Below are positions 51,460-64,000 of a stretch of 64,000 nucleotides of DNA, piece by piece. The stretch lies in NCBI GenBank assembly GCA_013239625.1, contig MU053513.1, positions 206,370 to 270,369 of the forward strand, in the 5' to 3' direction. Below the pieces are notes generated by a model. It saw only the letters and a program-made list of their open reading frames with translations. It made no database searches and had not been told where the DNA came from. How positions within the stretch are numbered: the first letter of the stretch is position 1; each line of letters starts with the position of its first letter. The position numbers and the translations under genes are program-made. This DNA is from Lama guanicoe (Eukaryota).

Positions 51460-51869
51460 GTATTATTCTGGATAAGCTAACTGTGATTAACAGTGAATCT
51501 AAAAATACCTGACACTTGACACAATAGAATTTTTTTCTAATTTACATAATAGTACTAGTGATTGGCTGGTAGTCTATATAATAATTATAAGATTCAGCCT
51601 CCCTCTGTCTTATTGTTCTGTCTTCTTCAGGGTCTTCTGATCTGCTCTGAGTACTCCCAATGGATGAATTAAGGCGAGGGGAAAGCTACTCATAATGGAG
51701 ATGCGCCAGGCCTCAAAGTAGCACATCTTCCTTGTTCCCGTATTCCATTGGCAAGACTTAATTTACATGGCCACATCAAAATGCAAGGGAGGATGAGAGA
51801 CGTGGTCCAGCTGTATATCAGGAAGAAAAGGAAATAGACTTTGGGGAACACATCACAGTCTCTGCCACA
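51460..51869 (-). mobile_element. MLT1J-like LTR
   Basis: attccattggcaagac...acatggccaca...tgcaagggagg...aggaagaaaaggaaa...agtctctgccaca. Confidence 0.75.
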
Positions 51870-52325
51870 GTTGAAAATAAGTAAAAAATTGTCCTCTGCT
51901 CTTTTACTAGTAATCAGGGATATGTAAAGTTATTGCTATGCCCTTAATTTTTGTCTGTCTGACCGTTCAACTCAAGGAGTAGAACTTTTTAGTGACAAGG
52001 CAGGATATAAGGCTAGCCGCAAAGAATTCCCCTCCATGAATGTTTCCCGGGACTTGTTAAAACAGACCCCAGCTGCTATTCTTTAGACTATAAAGTAAGT
52101 TTCTCATTAATTCTGCCCCTTTAGCAGCTGACAGGCAATTTGACTCCTTGGAAAACACCCTGGGTTTTTATGACCCACACATAAGTAATCATAACCAGCC
52201 ATATGTAAAACCACATAGCATAAATTGATGGAACTAATATAATTTTAACCAACAATATTAGAGGGTATATTTTAGAACTACAAAGTCCCTTTTAACATTT
52301 CAGAATTGTCCCCCCAGAAGTACCC

Positions 52326-52581
52326 TGGGTTTTACTGTCAAATTAGAAGAAGACATAATTTTACTAAAATTGTTCATTGTTTTCTCTTTAACTTTCATTT
52401 TTTTTGGCAAACATTTATTTATTTTTAGATCACACACACACACACGTGTGTGTGTGTGTATGGGTTTTACTGTCAAATTAGAAGAAGACATAATTTTACT
52501 AAAATTGTTCATTGTTTTCTCTTTAACTTTCATTTTTTTTTGGCAAACATTTATTTATTTTTAGATCACACACACACACAC

Positions 52582-52598
<17 letters not shown>
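52326..52598. repeat. 135-bp tandem duplication ending in a palindromic (CA)7CG(TG)6-7 microsatellite
   Basis: 52326-52460 is repeated at 52461-52598; differs by one T and one TG unit; followed by (TA)n. Confidence 0.95.
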
Positions 52599-52615
<17 letters not shown>

Positions 52616-52911
52616 TTTATATATATATGGAATCTGTATTAATAATAAAATATTTAATTCACATCTAAACATTTAAGGAGCTATTTCAGAAAGAAATATA
52701 TTAATATACAAATTCACTTTCCTGTTTTCTGTCCAAGGACTTTATTTTTTCACCTATTACTGTTTGGACATTTTAAGTCAAATATTTTCTAGCTTTTCAT
52801 CTTAGCTTAAAATAAGCAGTTTTGAGGATGAGAAATTTTTCATGATAAGGTAATAGGGCATTGTGCCCTGCAAATGTGTGTATGTGTATATATGTACACA
52901 TCCACACATAT

Positions 52912-53285
52912 ATATGAATTGTGTGCCCCCCTCCAATTCTTATGTTGAATTTTAAGTCCTAGTACCTCAAAATGAGACTGTATTTGGAGACTGGGCCTTC
53001 AAAGAGGTGATTAAGTTATGATGAAGCTGTTAGGGTGGATCCTAATCCTTAGGAGATAAGAAAATTGATGTAACTTGGACACGCAAAGAGACATCAGAGG
53101 AGAACACACATAGACAATGAGGACACAGAGAGAAACCCATATCTACAAATGAAGCAGAAAGCCTTCAGAAGAAACTAAACCCGCCAACACCTTAATCTTG
53201 CAATTTCAGCGCCAGATCTGTGGCAAAAAAATTTCTGTGAAGCCACCCAATCTGTCGTACTTTATGACAACTCTAACAGACTACA
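52912..53285 (+). mobile_element. MLT1A/B MaLR solo LTR
   Basis: gaattgtgtgccccctccaattcttatgttgaa...gtatttggaga...gaggtgattaagtta...gccaacaccttaatcttg...aagccaccca. Confidence 0.85.
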
Positions 53286-53829
53286 AGTGATAATATGTGC
53301 TAATACACGGACACACACACACATTCACACACGGAGACAGAGAGAGACGGAGTCTGTTTATAAGAAAGAAAGCAGTGTTAAATATAATAAATGTTTAGTA
53401 GCTGAAGGCCAATTCATTTTTGCAATATCTTTTGAATGTTAAATATTTGAAAGTAGTGTTAAAATTTACTTAATGACTAAAGTTGGTAAAAAGTTATATT
53501 TAATTACATGTCAAAGAAGAAATGAGGAAATTTAATGAGATGTCTAACATCACAGACATATAAAACTATATAATTGACAGTATTTTTCAGAGCAAATTGT
53601 TACTGATCAGCTACATTGTCAACATAACAGAAAGTGAAAGAAAAACATGAAATCCAAATTTTATAAGGTTTCTATGCTAATCTAATCCTAAGACTTTCAC
53701 AGTATTTAATTCATATATATATATATATATACATATATATATCAGAAAGTAGTCTTGTCAAAACAAACATGTCATTGGGAAATGATAAGTTATTTATGCC
53801 TTGTCCCATCTCTAGAGACTTGTGATCCT

Positions 53830-54122
53830 TCTAATTAATCAACTTCATAGACTCTCTGCTCAAATGTCACCTATCCAGAGAGACTTTGCCTGCCCATTCC
53901 ATTAAAATTCTATCTTTATTCACTCTCTGTTTCCTTATTGTGTTTATTTATTTCAATATAATTTTCCTGACAATATTCTATATATTTGTTTATTTGTTTA
54001 ATATTTGTCTCCCATCTTAAAGGCAGGCAAAGATTTTGTGACTGGCTCGCTCCTATAGCCTTAGCTTCTAAAAATACTTCTGGCATATAGTAAGTGTTCA
54101 ATAAGTATTTACTGAGTAAATA
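53830..54122 (+). mobile_element. L2 3' end
   Basis: ctctgctcaaatgtcacct...tggcatatagtaagtgttcaataagtatttactgagtaaat. Confidence 0.8.
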
Positions 54123-54301
54123 GATTTAAGATCAAGTCAGTATTTATACATTCCTTCCTATGCTTATTTAATTCAATATATTTGTAATCACAGAGTTTCA
54201 TAACCAAATCCTGCCTGAACCATGGATAACACAATCCAGTTGGGAAGCTGAGAGGATAACTAAACAGAGGCTAGTTCAATTTTCAAAAGGTGTGCTGTCC
54301 A

Positions 54302-54895
54302 TAGGCACTGTGAAAAATAGTATGATAGTCTAAAATATTAAAAATATAATTACCATATGATCCAGCTACTCCACTTCTCAGTATATTCCCAAAAGAAAGA
54401 AAAGCAGAGACTCAATCAGCTATTTGTACACACACGCCCACAGCAGCATTATTGACAAGAACCAAAAGATAGAAGCTATATAGTTGTCCACTGACAAAGG
54501 GGTAAACAAAATGGTATACATAAACAATGGAATATTTTACAGCCTTAAAAAGGAAGGAGATTCTGACATATGATACAGTATGAGTGAAACTTGAAGATAT
54601 TATTCAAAGTGAAATAAGACAGTCACAAATCCCTTATGATTCCACTATGTGAGATAGTTAAAGTAATCAAACTCATAGAATGGGGAGGTAAAATGGTGTT
54701 TTCCATTGGTTGAGTGAAGGGGGAAATAGGAAATTGTTGTCTAATGGGTGTAAGGTTTCAGTTTTACAAGATGAAAAGGTTCTGGAAATCCATTGCTCAG
54801 CTACGTGAATATGGATACTTAACACTATTAGACTGTACGATAAAATACTAAGATGCTGACTCTTATTTGTATGTATTTTATCACAATTAAAAAAA
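54302..54895 (+). mobile_element. L1MB-type 3' end with diverged TSD
   Basis: ttaccatatgatccagc...cagccttaaaaaggaagga...gtttcagttttacaagatgaaaa...tttatcacaattaaaaaaa; flanks aaaaggtgtgctgtcca / aaaatgtgtactatcca. Confidence 0.85.
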
Positions 54896-57800
54896 TGTGT
54901 ACTATCCAAAACTGAATCCACATAGTTCTTAAAAGAGGTGAAATTCCCTTTGATAGTTGCTTTTAAGTAAAAGAGTTAGGATAAAGATTATATAAACATA
55001 ATCATTACCTCACTATAGTGTCTACATTATGACCCCAAAATACCAAGAGTTTTCATACCATCTCTAGTGGATATTCAATGGGAAATATGGAAGGATGGAG
55101 TTGAATGATTCAGTAACTAACACACTTTATATATTATTAAAAGAACCCTACTTAATAAAATATTAAAGACTATTAAATTTGATTTTATTTTAATTACATG
55201 GGTGAGTAAAGTAAGACCCAGTCTGGAAAAGTTATTTGAAACAGCTCTTAATAGCTAGTTCTACAAACTCACAAATCTCTACACTATTTTATTTTATTAT
55301 TAGCTAATGAAGCAAGAATTAGGAGCTCATATCTATTAATTTAATCTGTATTTGAGATTTATCATTTTCTTAGTAATATTTCTACAATCACTATAAAATT
55401 CTTATTTTTCGGTCTATAAACCAGAATGTTAGTTTAGTGGAGTTTAAGACAAACTCTAAATGGCTTTCAGATATATTTATGGTCCTATCATGGAGTCATT
55501 GAAGTTGAAACAAAATGTCAAGGAATTGCCTATCTTTAATACTATATTCAAGTTAATAATAATAATAAAAAAATAAATCTGAAAGATACACCTTGTCACC
55601 GTTAGAGTTCTAAGTAATAGTACTTAAATCACTTTCACATGCAATTATGTATGGTTTTCCTCTTTAATACATAAAAATGTTTGAATATTCCCATCTCACA
55701 TAAAAAGTATATCTTACATATTATACATTTTGATATTGTACTCTTCTTTTTGATTGGACTTTTTGTTGCTTTTGTTCATCATCTAAAATCTCTATGAAGA
55801 AAGCTAATTAGAGATTTCGCTAAGGAACAAATAAATGTAAGTATAAGCATACACTGTCACGTAAATATGTAATAAACTGGCTTATGAAATGAGATGAAGC
55901 TATGGGCGCAGCGTTTGAGCCCCAAATCTGTCCCATTAGACTGCAGATGTCTCTGACCTAAGATCTATCCTTATAATAAGGCCTTTGCCTTTGAGTTAGG
56001 AGATAAAGGATTCAGCTTCAATTCAGTACTCTCCAAGGCTTTTTCTGCCTTTATCTCTACTCTAGAAAATTCGTAAGGGACCACTCTGGGGAAGGATGAC
56101 TTGATGAAAATGTGTGCATTCTCTGGGAGAAGAACTTGGGTTTGTGTAGGTCACTGTTATCACAATCTAATATTGCAAATGTCACCTAATGCAAAGTTGT
56201 TATGACCCTTTGAGAACTGCTAGGTCAAAGGCACAGTAAGATTTGTCCTGAACAAGTTCTGAGGATACCAGTCACATTTGGCAAGAGCAAACCTCTCTCT
56301 TCTTTCCAGATCTTCAATACAAATAATGTTTTCTTTAATAAGCCTGATGTTTTCTGGTGACTACAAAAGTTATCATAAATGAATCAAGTAAATTGTGACA
56401 ACAGGAGAGCAAAAAAAATAAAATCAGCCTGGGGACTGAAAATTTCAAATTCGATGCCAGTTCTCACCTACAGAGTTTGGGGAATATTCAGTCTTTGCTC
56501 CTTCTCATGTTTTCTGTTTTATCCACCTTCCTGATGAATAAATAACATCAACAACAACAGAAAGCACTCAGAGAGAACAGAACACGAGGAAGGAAAAATA
56601 GCTAAAGAATAGCTAAAAAATAGCTGTAGGGTGACTCACTCAGCAAACTCACCATATGCTCAAATTAAGCTCCTGAAATAACAGCAAAGCTCCAAAATGA
56701 TAGATAATGTGACCCCATAGTCCTGCAGCCCAGCAACAAAGCTACAAAGCAAAGATGATGAGCTTTACTACTGAGATGCCCAAATAAGACTGTTTGATGT
56801 TATCCAAAACTTACAATTTATGAACTGATGTCAGTGTACAGAGAGATTACAATACAGACATACAGATAGGATACATATACACATCGTATACATGTAGATT
56901 AAACATTTTGAACATAACCAGTAGTAGGGGAAATTTACACAATAACTCATTATGTAGATACATAAACGTGCACACAGACTCAAAGGTTCACTAATGAAAC
57001 AAATAGCTTGTGTTTGTTTTTATGTTAAATATAGGCAGTGCACTCTGATCTTTCTTCTGCTCCTCGCTTTATTTTTTTGATGTTGATAGAGATCTACTAA
57101 ATGATTTCACAGTCCATTAATGGACCACCACAGTAATTTGAAGAGAATAATGTGTTCGCATTTATGTGAACCAAATATGCTTTTCCCCTGCTAAATCACT
57201 TTTAAATCACTTGCAATTGATTATGAAATTATGAGAAATAAATTGCTTGATATTAAACTGTTATGCAAAATAATTTATCATGTTATTATTTTTCACCTTC
57301 CAAATTCTACCTAATTAGGATTTCATATCCTCTATGCACCCTTCCCTATATCCACAATCAAAATCTTTGTCCCCCTAAAATTTTTAAGTAGTACAATGGG
57401 CTTGTCTCTTCCACACAGCACACAAAGATCTAGCTTTTAACAAAGTAACAGGTGTAGTTGCCTTCTTATTAGCCTGTAAGCTCTTAGGACTTAATACACA
57501 TTGTGTAACTTATTTTGTTTTCCTTATAGTGCTGATATGGTAATTTCCATGTAAGCACTTAACAAATGTCTATTGAATTCAATTTAGGAGGTAAGAAAAG
57601 AGCAAATGGTGAATGGTCATATAGATATTTCAGAAAGTTATGACAGACAAGAGAAATTTAAAATATCAAAACTAAGAGTGACTTTCAATGTCATTTTCAT
57701 CTTTCTCCATCTCAAGCATCTGTAAAGTGTTTTGTCTGTTAAGACTTTTAAAAACCATTATATGTGAACACAATTTTAAGTTCTTCATCATGATACAAAA

Positions 57801-58569
57801 CTTTCTAATACATTGCCACATTAGTCCTACTTCTGCATGATTCCCCTGGATGCTCACAAAACTCGGTTTTTTTGTTTGATTTTTAATCAACAACATCCGA
57901 GTCTCCTCTCACTGCTACTTCCCTACGTTCATGGTACCTCCTTTACCTGTCTTTTCTATCTGTCTCTAGTGGGTATCTGACATCTGTCTCTTTGGTTTCA
58001 AGTAATAACTTATTTTGCAAGTATTTCCTATTTACATTGAGCCCCAAAGTGGAATAGATTTATAACTGTGAAAATGCCCACATACAATCAGCTTCTTATT
58101 TATAACACAATTTAATATTCCAATTATACAACATTTTGACACAAACTGAGAGATGACAGAATGGTTTAAGTAATCAAATATGTTCTGAATTTGCTTTATA
58201 TGTTTGTTTTACTGCCCTGTACTTCCAGGTAGACTCTGTGACTGTTTTGGTTAAGTTGATTGATATGGTTGGTTCACTTTGGGAGCCAAGCCAAGTCAGA
58301 ACCTTAAGCTCTAACAGAAATTGTGTGCACACCGGGGTGAACTCTCCTGACATTCAACTTTAAATAACAGAAGGTGAGTTAGGAGAGAATTATGCTAGGC
58401 ATCCCCAACAACTTTAAAGAAAAAGACATAGTAGGGGTCAATATGTTTAAAATATAGAAAGAAAAAAATCAGAAAAATGAGACTTTGGCCCTGACCTGTG
58501 GAACCAGGAACACCTATTTAGGGAAAAGTTGGAGTTAAAGCAAAGTATTAAGGGAGAGAAGAGGCATCA

Positions 58570-58950
58570 TTCCAGGGTTCATCAGGAAAAAAGAAATCTA
58601 TCTGTTACAAGTAGGAAGGGGATTTAATAAAGGAAATAATATGCTTAAATATATAGAGAAGGACAGGAGAACTGAAACTGGATGGGCTCTGAGTGGAGGT
58701 TCAGCTGTGGTCCAAGGAGATAGAAAGATGTCTTTGTCTCCTAAAGGTTAGAAACTTTCAGAAAATTGTGCAGCTCAATCATGCATCACTTTCAGAAAAA
58801 GAAATTTAGTTAGAAACTTAAAAACTCACATCTGTCTCATCACTTCCACCTCTTTCAGAAGAAAAGAATGTTTCTACCCCTCCTCTCTGTCTTCTGAGTA
58901 TCTTGTGAGTACATTTTATGCTTAGCAGAACCTAAACCACATCGTCAATC
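58570..58950 (-). mobile_element. Old ERVL-type LTR relic (LTR79-like), possibly the 3' LTR of the ERV-L fossil
   Basis: tccagggttcatcaggaaaaaagaaa...ggggatttaataaaggaaat...gcagaacctaaacc; family name from memory. Confidence 0.45.
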
Positions 58951-58951
58951 C

Positions 58952-59511
58952 TGCAGAAAATCGGGGCTGGAGGTCTATGAAGCAAACAAAGGCCAATGGC
59001 AGACCGCATACACCAGTGGCCCACTGGTGAGACTCACAGAGAGAAAGCAGTAGCAGATACGCAAGACCCCTCTTGCCATGAAATTCTAGGCCGAGTATGT
59101 AGAAATCAAGCAAGGACAAACATCAGATTTTAAAGAGAAGCCTCTGAAGCTTGAGATTTGGGGGGGTTCTTTGGAGGCTTCTGATTAGGCAAACAGTGAC
59201 AGAATTAGGGACAAGGATACAGCAGCAATGTGACGTGTCACGATCATTGCTGTGGTCTCTCATTCTTTTAACTCAGCATACATAGGATTGGAAATGCCAG
59301 CCCCTCCTCTGTGATATCGGGAGGCTGTACCCATGCCTTGTGATTATAGTTAAGAAACTTGTTGAGCTAATGGCATTATTTATTTCTTATCAGGATTGGG
59401 TGAATACTAGCCCCCTTCCTGATATAACTAAGGGAGCTGGAGTTCAAGTATTTTAGTTGAACAAGATTGAGCGCTTTAATTATTAGAGAGTAGCTAGTTT
59501 CCATGAAATCA
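58952..59511 (-). mobile_element. Young 560-bp solo LTR, family not recognised
   Basis: TG...CA termini with perfect 4-bp TSD atcc (58948-58951 / 59512-59515); several CpGs retained. Orientation tentative. Confidence 0.7.
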
Positions 59512-59689
59512 ATCCTTTTCATGTCTTAGACAAGTTAACCTTTACTGTTCTCTTCTTCCAGTACATTTCTTTTACCCTCAGCCAGAATCTCATTATCGGT
59601 GCAGTAACAGATTGAAATTTCCATTACTTAAGGCAGCACTATTATGCAAGTAATATTGCTTAAATGTATTATTCCCTAATCTTCACTCA

Positions 59690-60140
59690 TGTCCTGCTAG
59701 AGAACTATGTATTTACCCCCTTGGCCATGTAGCTTTTTACCTCCCGTTAGTCAGAGTATATTTTCTTGCTCTTTAGATATTGCACTTGGCTGTATGACTT
59801 GTTTTGGCTTGTAGCATGTCAGCAGATGTGCTGTGAGCATGAGTCATAAATATGATTTGCTCTCTGTATTCTGACATAACAAGAGTATGTTCCAGGATAG
59901 CTATCATGTTGTCCCTTCAGCCTCGTTTCAGAAAATTCATGGAGAAGATCTGAACCAACCCAGAAATTTGGGATCCAGCCTTGTTCAGTTGAGTTTGGCC
60001 CAGAGAAGCCTGATTTCAGCAGATTTCCATGTCAGTAAACGTGTGTGACAATGTTTGTCTTGTTAGCCTCTGAAATTCTGAGGTGGTGGTGGTGGTGGTG
60101 GAGATGTTGCTTTATTGTTATATAGAAGGAGCTAATACAG
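59690..60140 (+). mobile_element. MLT1 (MaLR) LTR relic
   Basis: ttggctgtatgacttgttttggc...gtcccttcagcct...gttagcctctgaaattctgagg...agctaataca. Confidence 0.65.
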
Positions 60141-60284
60141 TTTGTCTTGCTTACACTGGCCACTGTAGTCTTCAGTGGTCTTTATTTTTTGTTGTTTCTC
60201 TGAGAATGGTAATACTGTTCTCAAGTAACCTTAGAGGCATCCTTAGGGAATACCTTAGAGAATTCTTATAGTGTCCGGGTGAGT

Positions 60285-60467
60285 TCTTCCTGCTGCCATT
60301 GTATAGTAGTGATCTCATCTTCCCTTAATGATACGGTTTAACCACATCAACCAGTAGAATAATCTTTTTTTCTCTGCCTGTTGGTTCAGTGGCATGAAAA
60401 ATCCAAAAGATGACAGTCTCAATTTCTACTTCAGTGGAAGCATTGCTGTGTCCTGTAGTGGAATCAT
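60285..60467 (-). pseudogene. ERV-L dUTPase fossil
   Basis: Minus-strand translation MIPLQDTAMLPLK*KLRLSSFGFFMPLNQQAEKK/(frameshift)IILLVDVVKPYH*GKMRSLLYNGSRK resembles HERV-L dUTPase (recalled: MLPPGDTTMIPLNWKLRLPPGHFGLL.PLNQQAKKGVTVLAGVIDPDY). Confidence 0.75.
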
Positions 60468-60524
60468 TCATCTCTTGGTGATTATAATTTTTGTGGCAGA
60501 AAAATTTAGGGTCAATAAATATTA

Positions 60525-60835
60525 ATGTACTCCTTATAGTCCTTAAAGTTGACTTAGGGCCATGTGACTGAGTTCTGGCCAGTGGAACTGTGAGTGGAGA
60601 TGAATCACAGCTGATCTGTGACACTTTAGAAATGGCACGTCTTCTTCATCACTCTTTTTCTTTATCAGCCAGATTTTGGAAGCCATGTATTGAGAATGAA
60701 GAACTTCAAAATGGTTGGAGCCAGTCCCCCTGCATCAGAAGATAGAAGAGAGATTCTGCCAAACTTAACGGAAGCAAGAAATAAACCTCTGTGGAATTAA
60801 ACCACTGACATTTTGGAGATCTTTTGCTATATAAC
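60525..60835 (+). mobile_element. MLT1 LTR inserted in the ERV-L internal region
   Basis: ggccatgtgactgagttctggccagtggaa...ggaagccatgtattgaga...gcaagaaataaacctct...aaaccactga. Confidence 0.7.
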
Positions 60836-61049
60836 TAAAAATTAATTAGCATGATTATGACAAACTGAAATCCAGTGAAGTCCAAAGTTTTGGGGATAGT
60901 AAGTAAAACATTATTGAGTTATAGGCTATAGTTATACTGACTTTCATTCTTTGGCTCCCAGACAAATACAGTCTAGCTGTAAGAGAAAGATCACCATATG
61001 GTGGTTACTCATTCAAACATGTTCATAATGGCACCTGAACTTCCAGTGT

Positions 61050-61400
61050 TTTTCTCCCAATTTGGACAGTAATTGAATCTCCAATAAGCTTATTTCAATA
61101 CTATCTAGGGCCACTTACATCTGGGTGATGGAGTGAACATTAAAACCCATACATTGTACAAGGTGATGGTTACTTTGTTTATTTGGTTCCAAAATTAATT
61201 TCTTGAGCAGAAGCAGATTTTTTCATGTAAAACTGTAGGAGGAACTAAGTCTAGAGATGTTAGTACTTACAGAAGGTTTATAGGAGAAAAGGCAAATACA
61301 CATCCAGAATAAGTTTCTTCTTTTAGTGAGGAATAAAAATTCCTCTGTGATGGAAGGGGTCAAATTAAATTAACCTACCAACCATTTGTCTGTCGAGTTC
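61050..61400 (-). pseudogene. ERV-L integrase fossil
   Basis: Minus-strand GW*VNLI*PLPS...ETYSGCVFAF, ASAQEINF and HHPDVSG parallel ERV-L IN motifs WWQVDYIGPLPS...DTYSGYGFAY, ASDQGTHF and HHPEAAG. Confidence 0.7.
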
Positions 61401-61663
61401 CAATATTTAGTAATAAGGTAGTGGCTGATCCATTGCAAGTGATGATTAGCCCAGTGTTGTTACTCGTCAGCTCTTACTAGAGATTAATAGTTAACAAAAT
61501 AATCATAAAAGTTTATTCTACCTCTATTACATGGTATTCATCTTGGGTAATCAAGATAATTAGTTTTATGTCCTTGGTGTATGTCTTATTAAGTGAATGT
61601 GGCAGAAATAAGTTAGCTATTTCTAACCAAATTTGTTTTCTGCTGGGCACACAGCTAGTTTAC

Positions 61664-62252
61664 TGTGGCAGATTGTGTTTTCTAAGGATGCTGGCAACAG
61701 TATCTCCCATCCCCCATTCTCCCATTCAGTGAGGTCTTGCTACTCTTCCACCTAAGAAGTGAGGTCTGTTTTTCTGCTCTTTTGAAACAGGGTAGGGACT
61801 CTGAGCAATGGAATATGGCAGACGCAGCACTGTGCCAATCCCAGCGTGATTCTGAGTAGAAGTGTTTCCTTTTCCTGCTCTCTCGTATGCTTGATCTTAG
61901 GATGCTTCCTCTAGCAATTTAGATACCATGTTGTAAGAATCCCACATCACATGAAAAGGCTACCTGTGGGTGTTCTGGTCTACCACCTCAGTTGAGCTAC
62001 CAGTCCACATACGATACCAATTGTCAATAATGTGAATGAGCCATCTTGAATTTGCAAGCCTTGAGCTAGTCTTCTTATGGTTCCTGACCCAGCCAACATC
62101 AAAATGAAATCACAGGAGATCCTACATGAAAACTATCCAGCTGAGTCTGGTGAACTGTCAGAACCATGAGAGAGAACAATTAATCCTTTGAAGGGATTAA
62201 GATTTGGAGTGTTGTTTTGTTTTATTTTTAATGCAAGAATAGATAACCAAAC
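61664..62252 (+). mobile_element. MLT1F/G-type LTR nested in an older MLT1 (~61630-62590)
   Basis: tgtggcagattgt...caatggaatatggcaga...ccatgttgtaag...gtgaatgagccatcttg...cagaaccatgaga...aatagataaccaaaca. Confidence 0.75.
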
Positions 62253-64000
62253 AACTACATTCCTAACCTCCTCTAGAGTTCAATTATGACTGTAGCTATA
62301 TGACCATGTTCTGGCCAATGGAATGGGTACTGAAGATGTTAAAAACTATTATCTGACTTGGCCCAAAATAATGTTCATGTAGTCTAATACCCTTACTCTT
62401 TTTCCTTACTTGGGAGTTGATGACCAGGATGACCCAGAAACCACACAGAGAAGAATTCAAAGTTTAAGTCAGGCTGGGTCCTTGAATGGAGTCCCAACCA
62501 CCAGCACAAATGAGACTTAGACTTGCTTGGCTAAGCAGTACATTTTTCTTGGGTCAAACAATATTTGAGGGTCTATGTTCTAGCAGGTAGAGTTAGTTTA
62601 TATAATGTGATATTCTGGCATGTTCCTGAAACTCTTAACCCTTTAACTTCCTTGTCTGTGTAAAGGAGATAATAGTCCCTGACCCTCATGCCTCACTGAG
62701 TTCCTGTAGATAACAATTTCATACTGGTTCTTAAGATGACTTTTAAACTGAAAAGAAGAATAAAATAGCAATCATATTGATAATGATCCCTCTAGTTTTT
62801 GAAACAAAGTATTTTAGAAGGGTTACACAGTACAGATTTTGGAATCAGATGTGTTTGATTCATCGGTCATTACTGTGTGACCTGGGAAGTTATTTGGGGT
62901 TTTTTATTTGATTTAATAAGATTATAATATATAATTGGCCATAATTAGAACCTATTAGTATTCAACATATATCCATTTACTTCTTCTTAAAAATAAATGT
63001 ATCAGTTCCTGGGAAGAAAAGTTATTAGCACCCAATAGTAGGAATTCTAGTTTACTGTCAGCTTAAGAACTCATAACTGATCTGACAAATCATCACTCGA
63101 CTTCAGTTTTCCTTGATTTGGCTTAATTCATTCTTTTTTGTTGGTAGCAACTGGAGAAACAATGAATGAATGAATGTAAAATTTGAGGAAGAAAGAAAAA
63201 GATCCAATATTTTACACTAACCTTAGCAAAAATAGTATGATATTTTTCTCCACCAATGTAATAAGTAATTAAGTAATTATGCATAAATAGAAAAGCTAGG
63301 TAATTTAGGGAAGGCATTTGTCATGAGGGTACATGGCTAGAGAGATCAACATTTTTCTGTCAAACAAAATCCATAAGGGAGAAAGAGTTCTAATTCAAGA
63401 AATGCATTTCAGCTACAATCCGGAACAAAGGTTATGTAAAATAAAGAGATTTAGCTCAGAGGACATATGTAGTTAAAGGAGATAGTTTTGAGATGAAGAA
63501 AGAAATATAATAGCCAATTAACTGTAGACTCTATATCTATCCAATGCAGAATGCAGCAAATTTTTTTTTTTTTTAGTTTGAAGTGGTAGTATATAGTATA
63601 TTGCCAATAGCTTGTGACTCCACCTGAATAAAACATTTTAACATGTTTTTTTTTTTACAATATTTTTAATTGGAAAGATACATTACTCATTTAATATCTC
63701 TTTATCTCTGTTTCGTAATTACCTTGAAAACGGGAGTCCATATGGCAGATGAGCAATATTGAATAAAAATAACTGACTAGCTTGCCAGAAACAGTGATGT
63801 TATGGTGAAAAGATTCACACATTACATAATTCATGATTTTTATGGGAGACATAGGGTTAGTTATAAGAATTGTTTTGAGTTTAGAGTCTAACCAAGATAT
63901 GCCACTGTTTCAAAATGAATAATGCAGATAACATCTACCCTTCATGAACTACAGAGCAGAGAAAACAGCTATCTAAAACATCTCATTAGGGAAAAAAAAT

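Noticed and set aside
56468..56530. 63-nt minus-strand exon-like segment (ag|...|gtgaga); likewise plus-strand 26052-26331
   Set aside because: The 63-nt segment has stops in all three frames, neither encodes anything recognisable, and there is no link to a promoter; isolated splice-like pairs are common.

Overview
AT-rich mammalian non-coding DNA. A vic-1-type tRNA-derived SINE (20780-20927) points to a camelid genome. I could not support any protein-coding gene: the supplied ORFs are short chance frames in repeats or unique DNA, or artefacts of a 460-N gap (7422-7881). Main content: (1) two overlapping ~2-kb tandem duplications (A-B'-A-[gap]-C-B-C, 3573-11467) just upstream of a candidate CCAAT-box promoter at ~2400-2460; (2) at least eight ERV1-type solo LTRs between 23.4 and 59.5 kb, including a MER41-like LTR nested in another LTR, four copies of one LTR family that each carry a GAS-like STAT motif, and a young 560-bp LTR with a perfect TSD; (3) a small orphan CpG island (~28.7-28.9 kb); (4) an old ERV-L fossil with recognisable integrase and dUTPase residues (~60.3-61.4 kb); (5) ordinary MIR, L2, L1, MaLR and hAT relics. 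Repeat family names come from my memory of consensus sequences, not a database search, and coordinates of old repeats are approximate. The best 'system' hypothesis is an LTR-built, cytokine/STAT-responsive regulatory cluster around the orphan CpG island; this is inference only.
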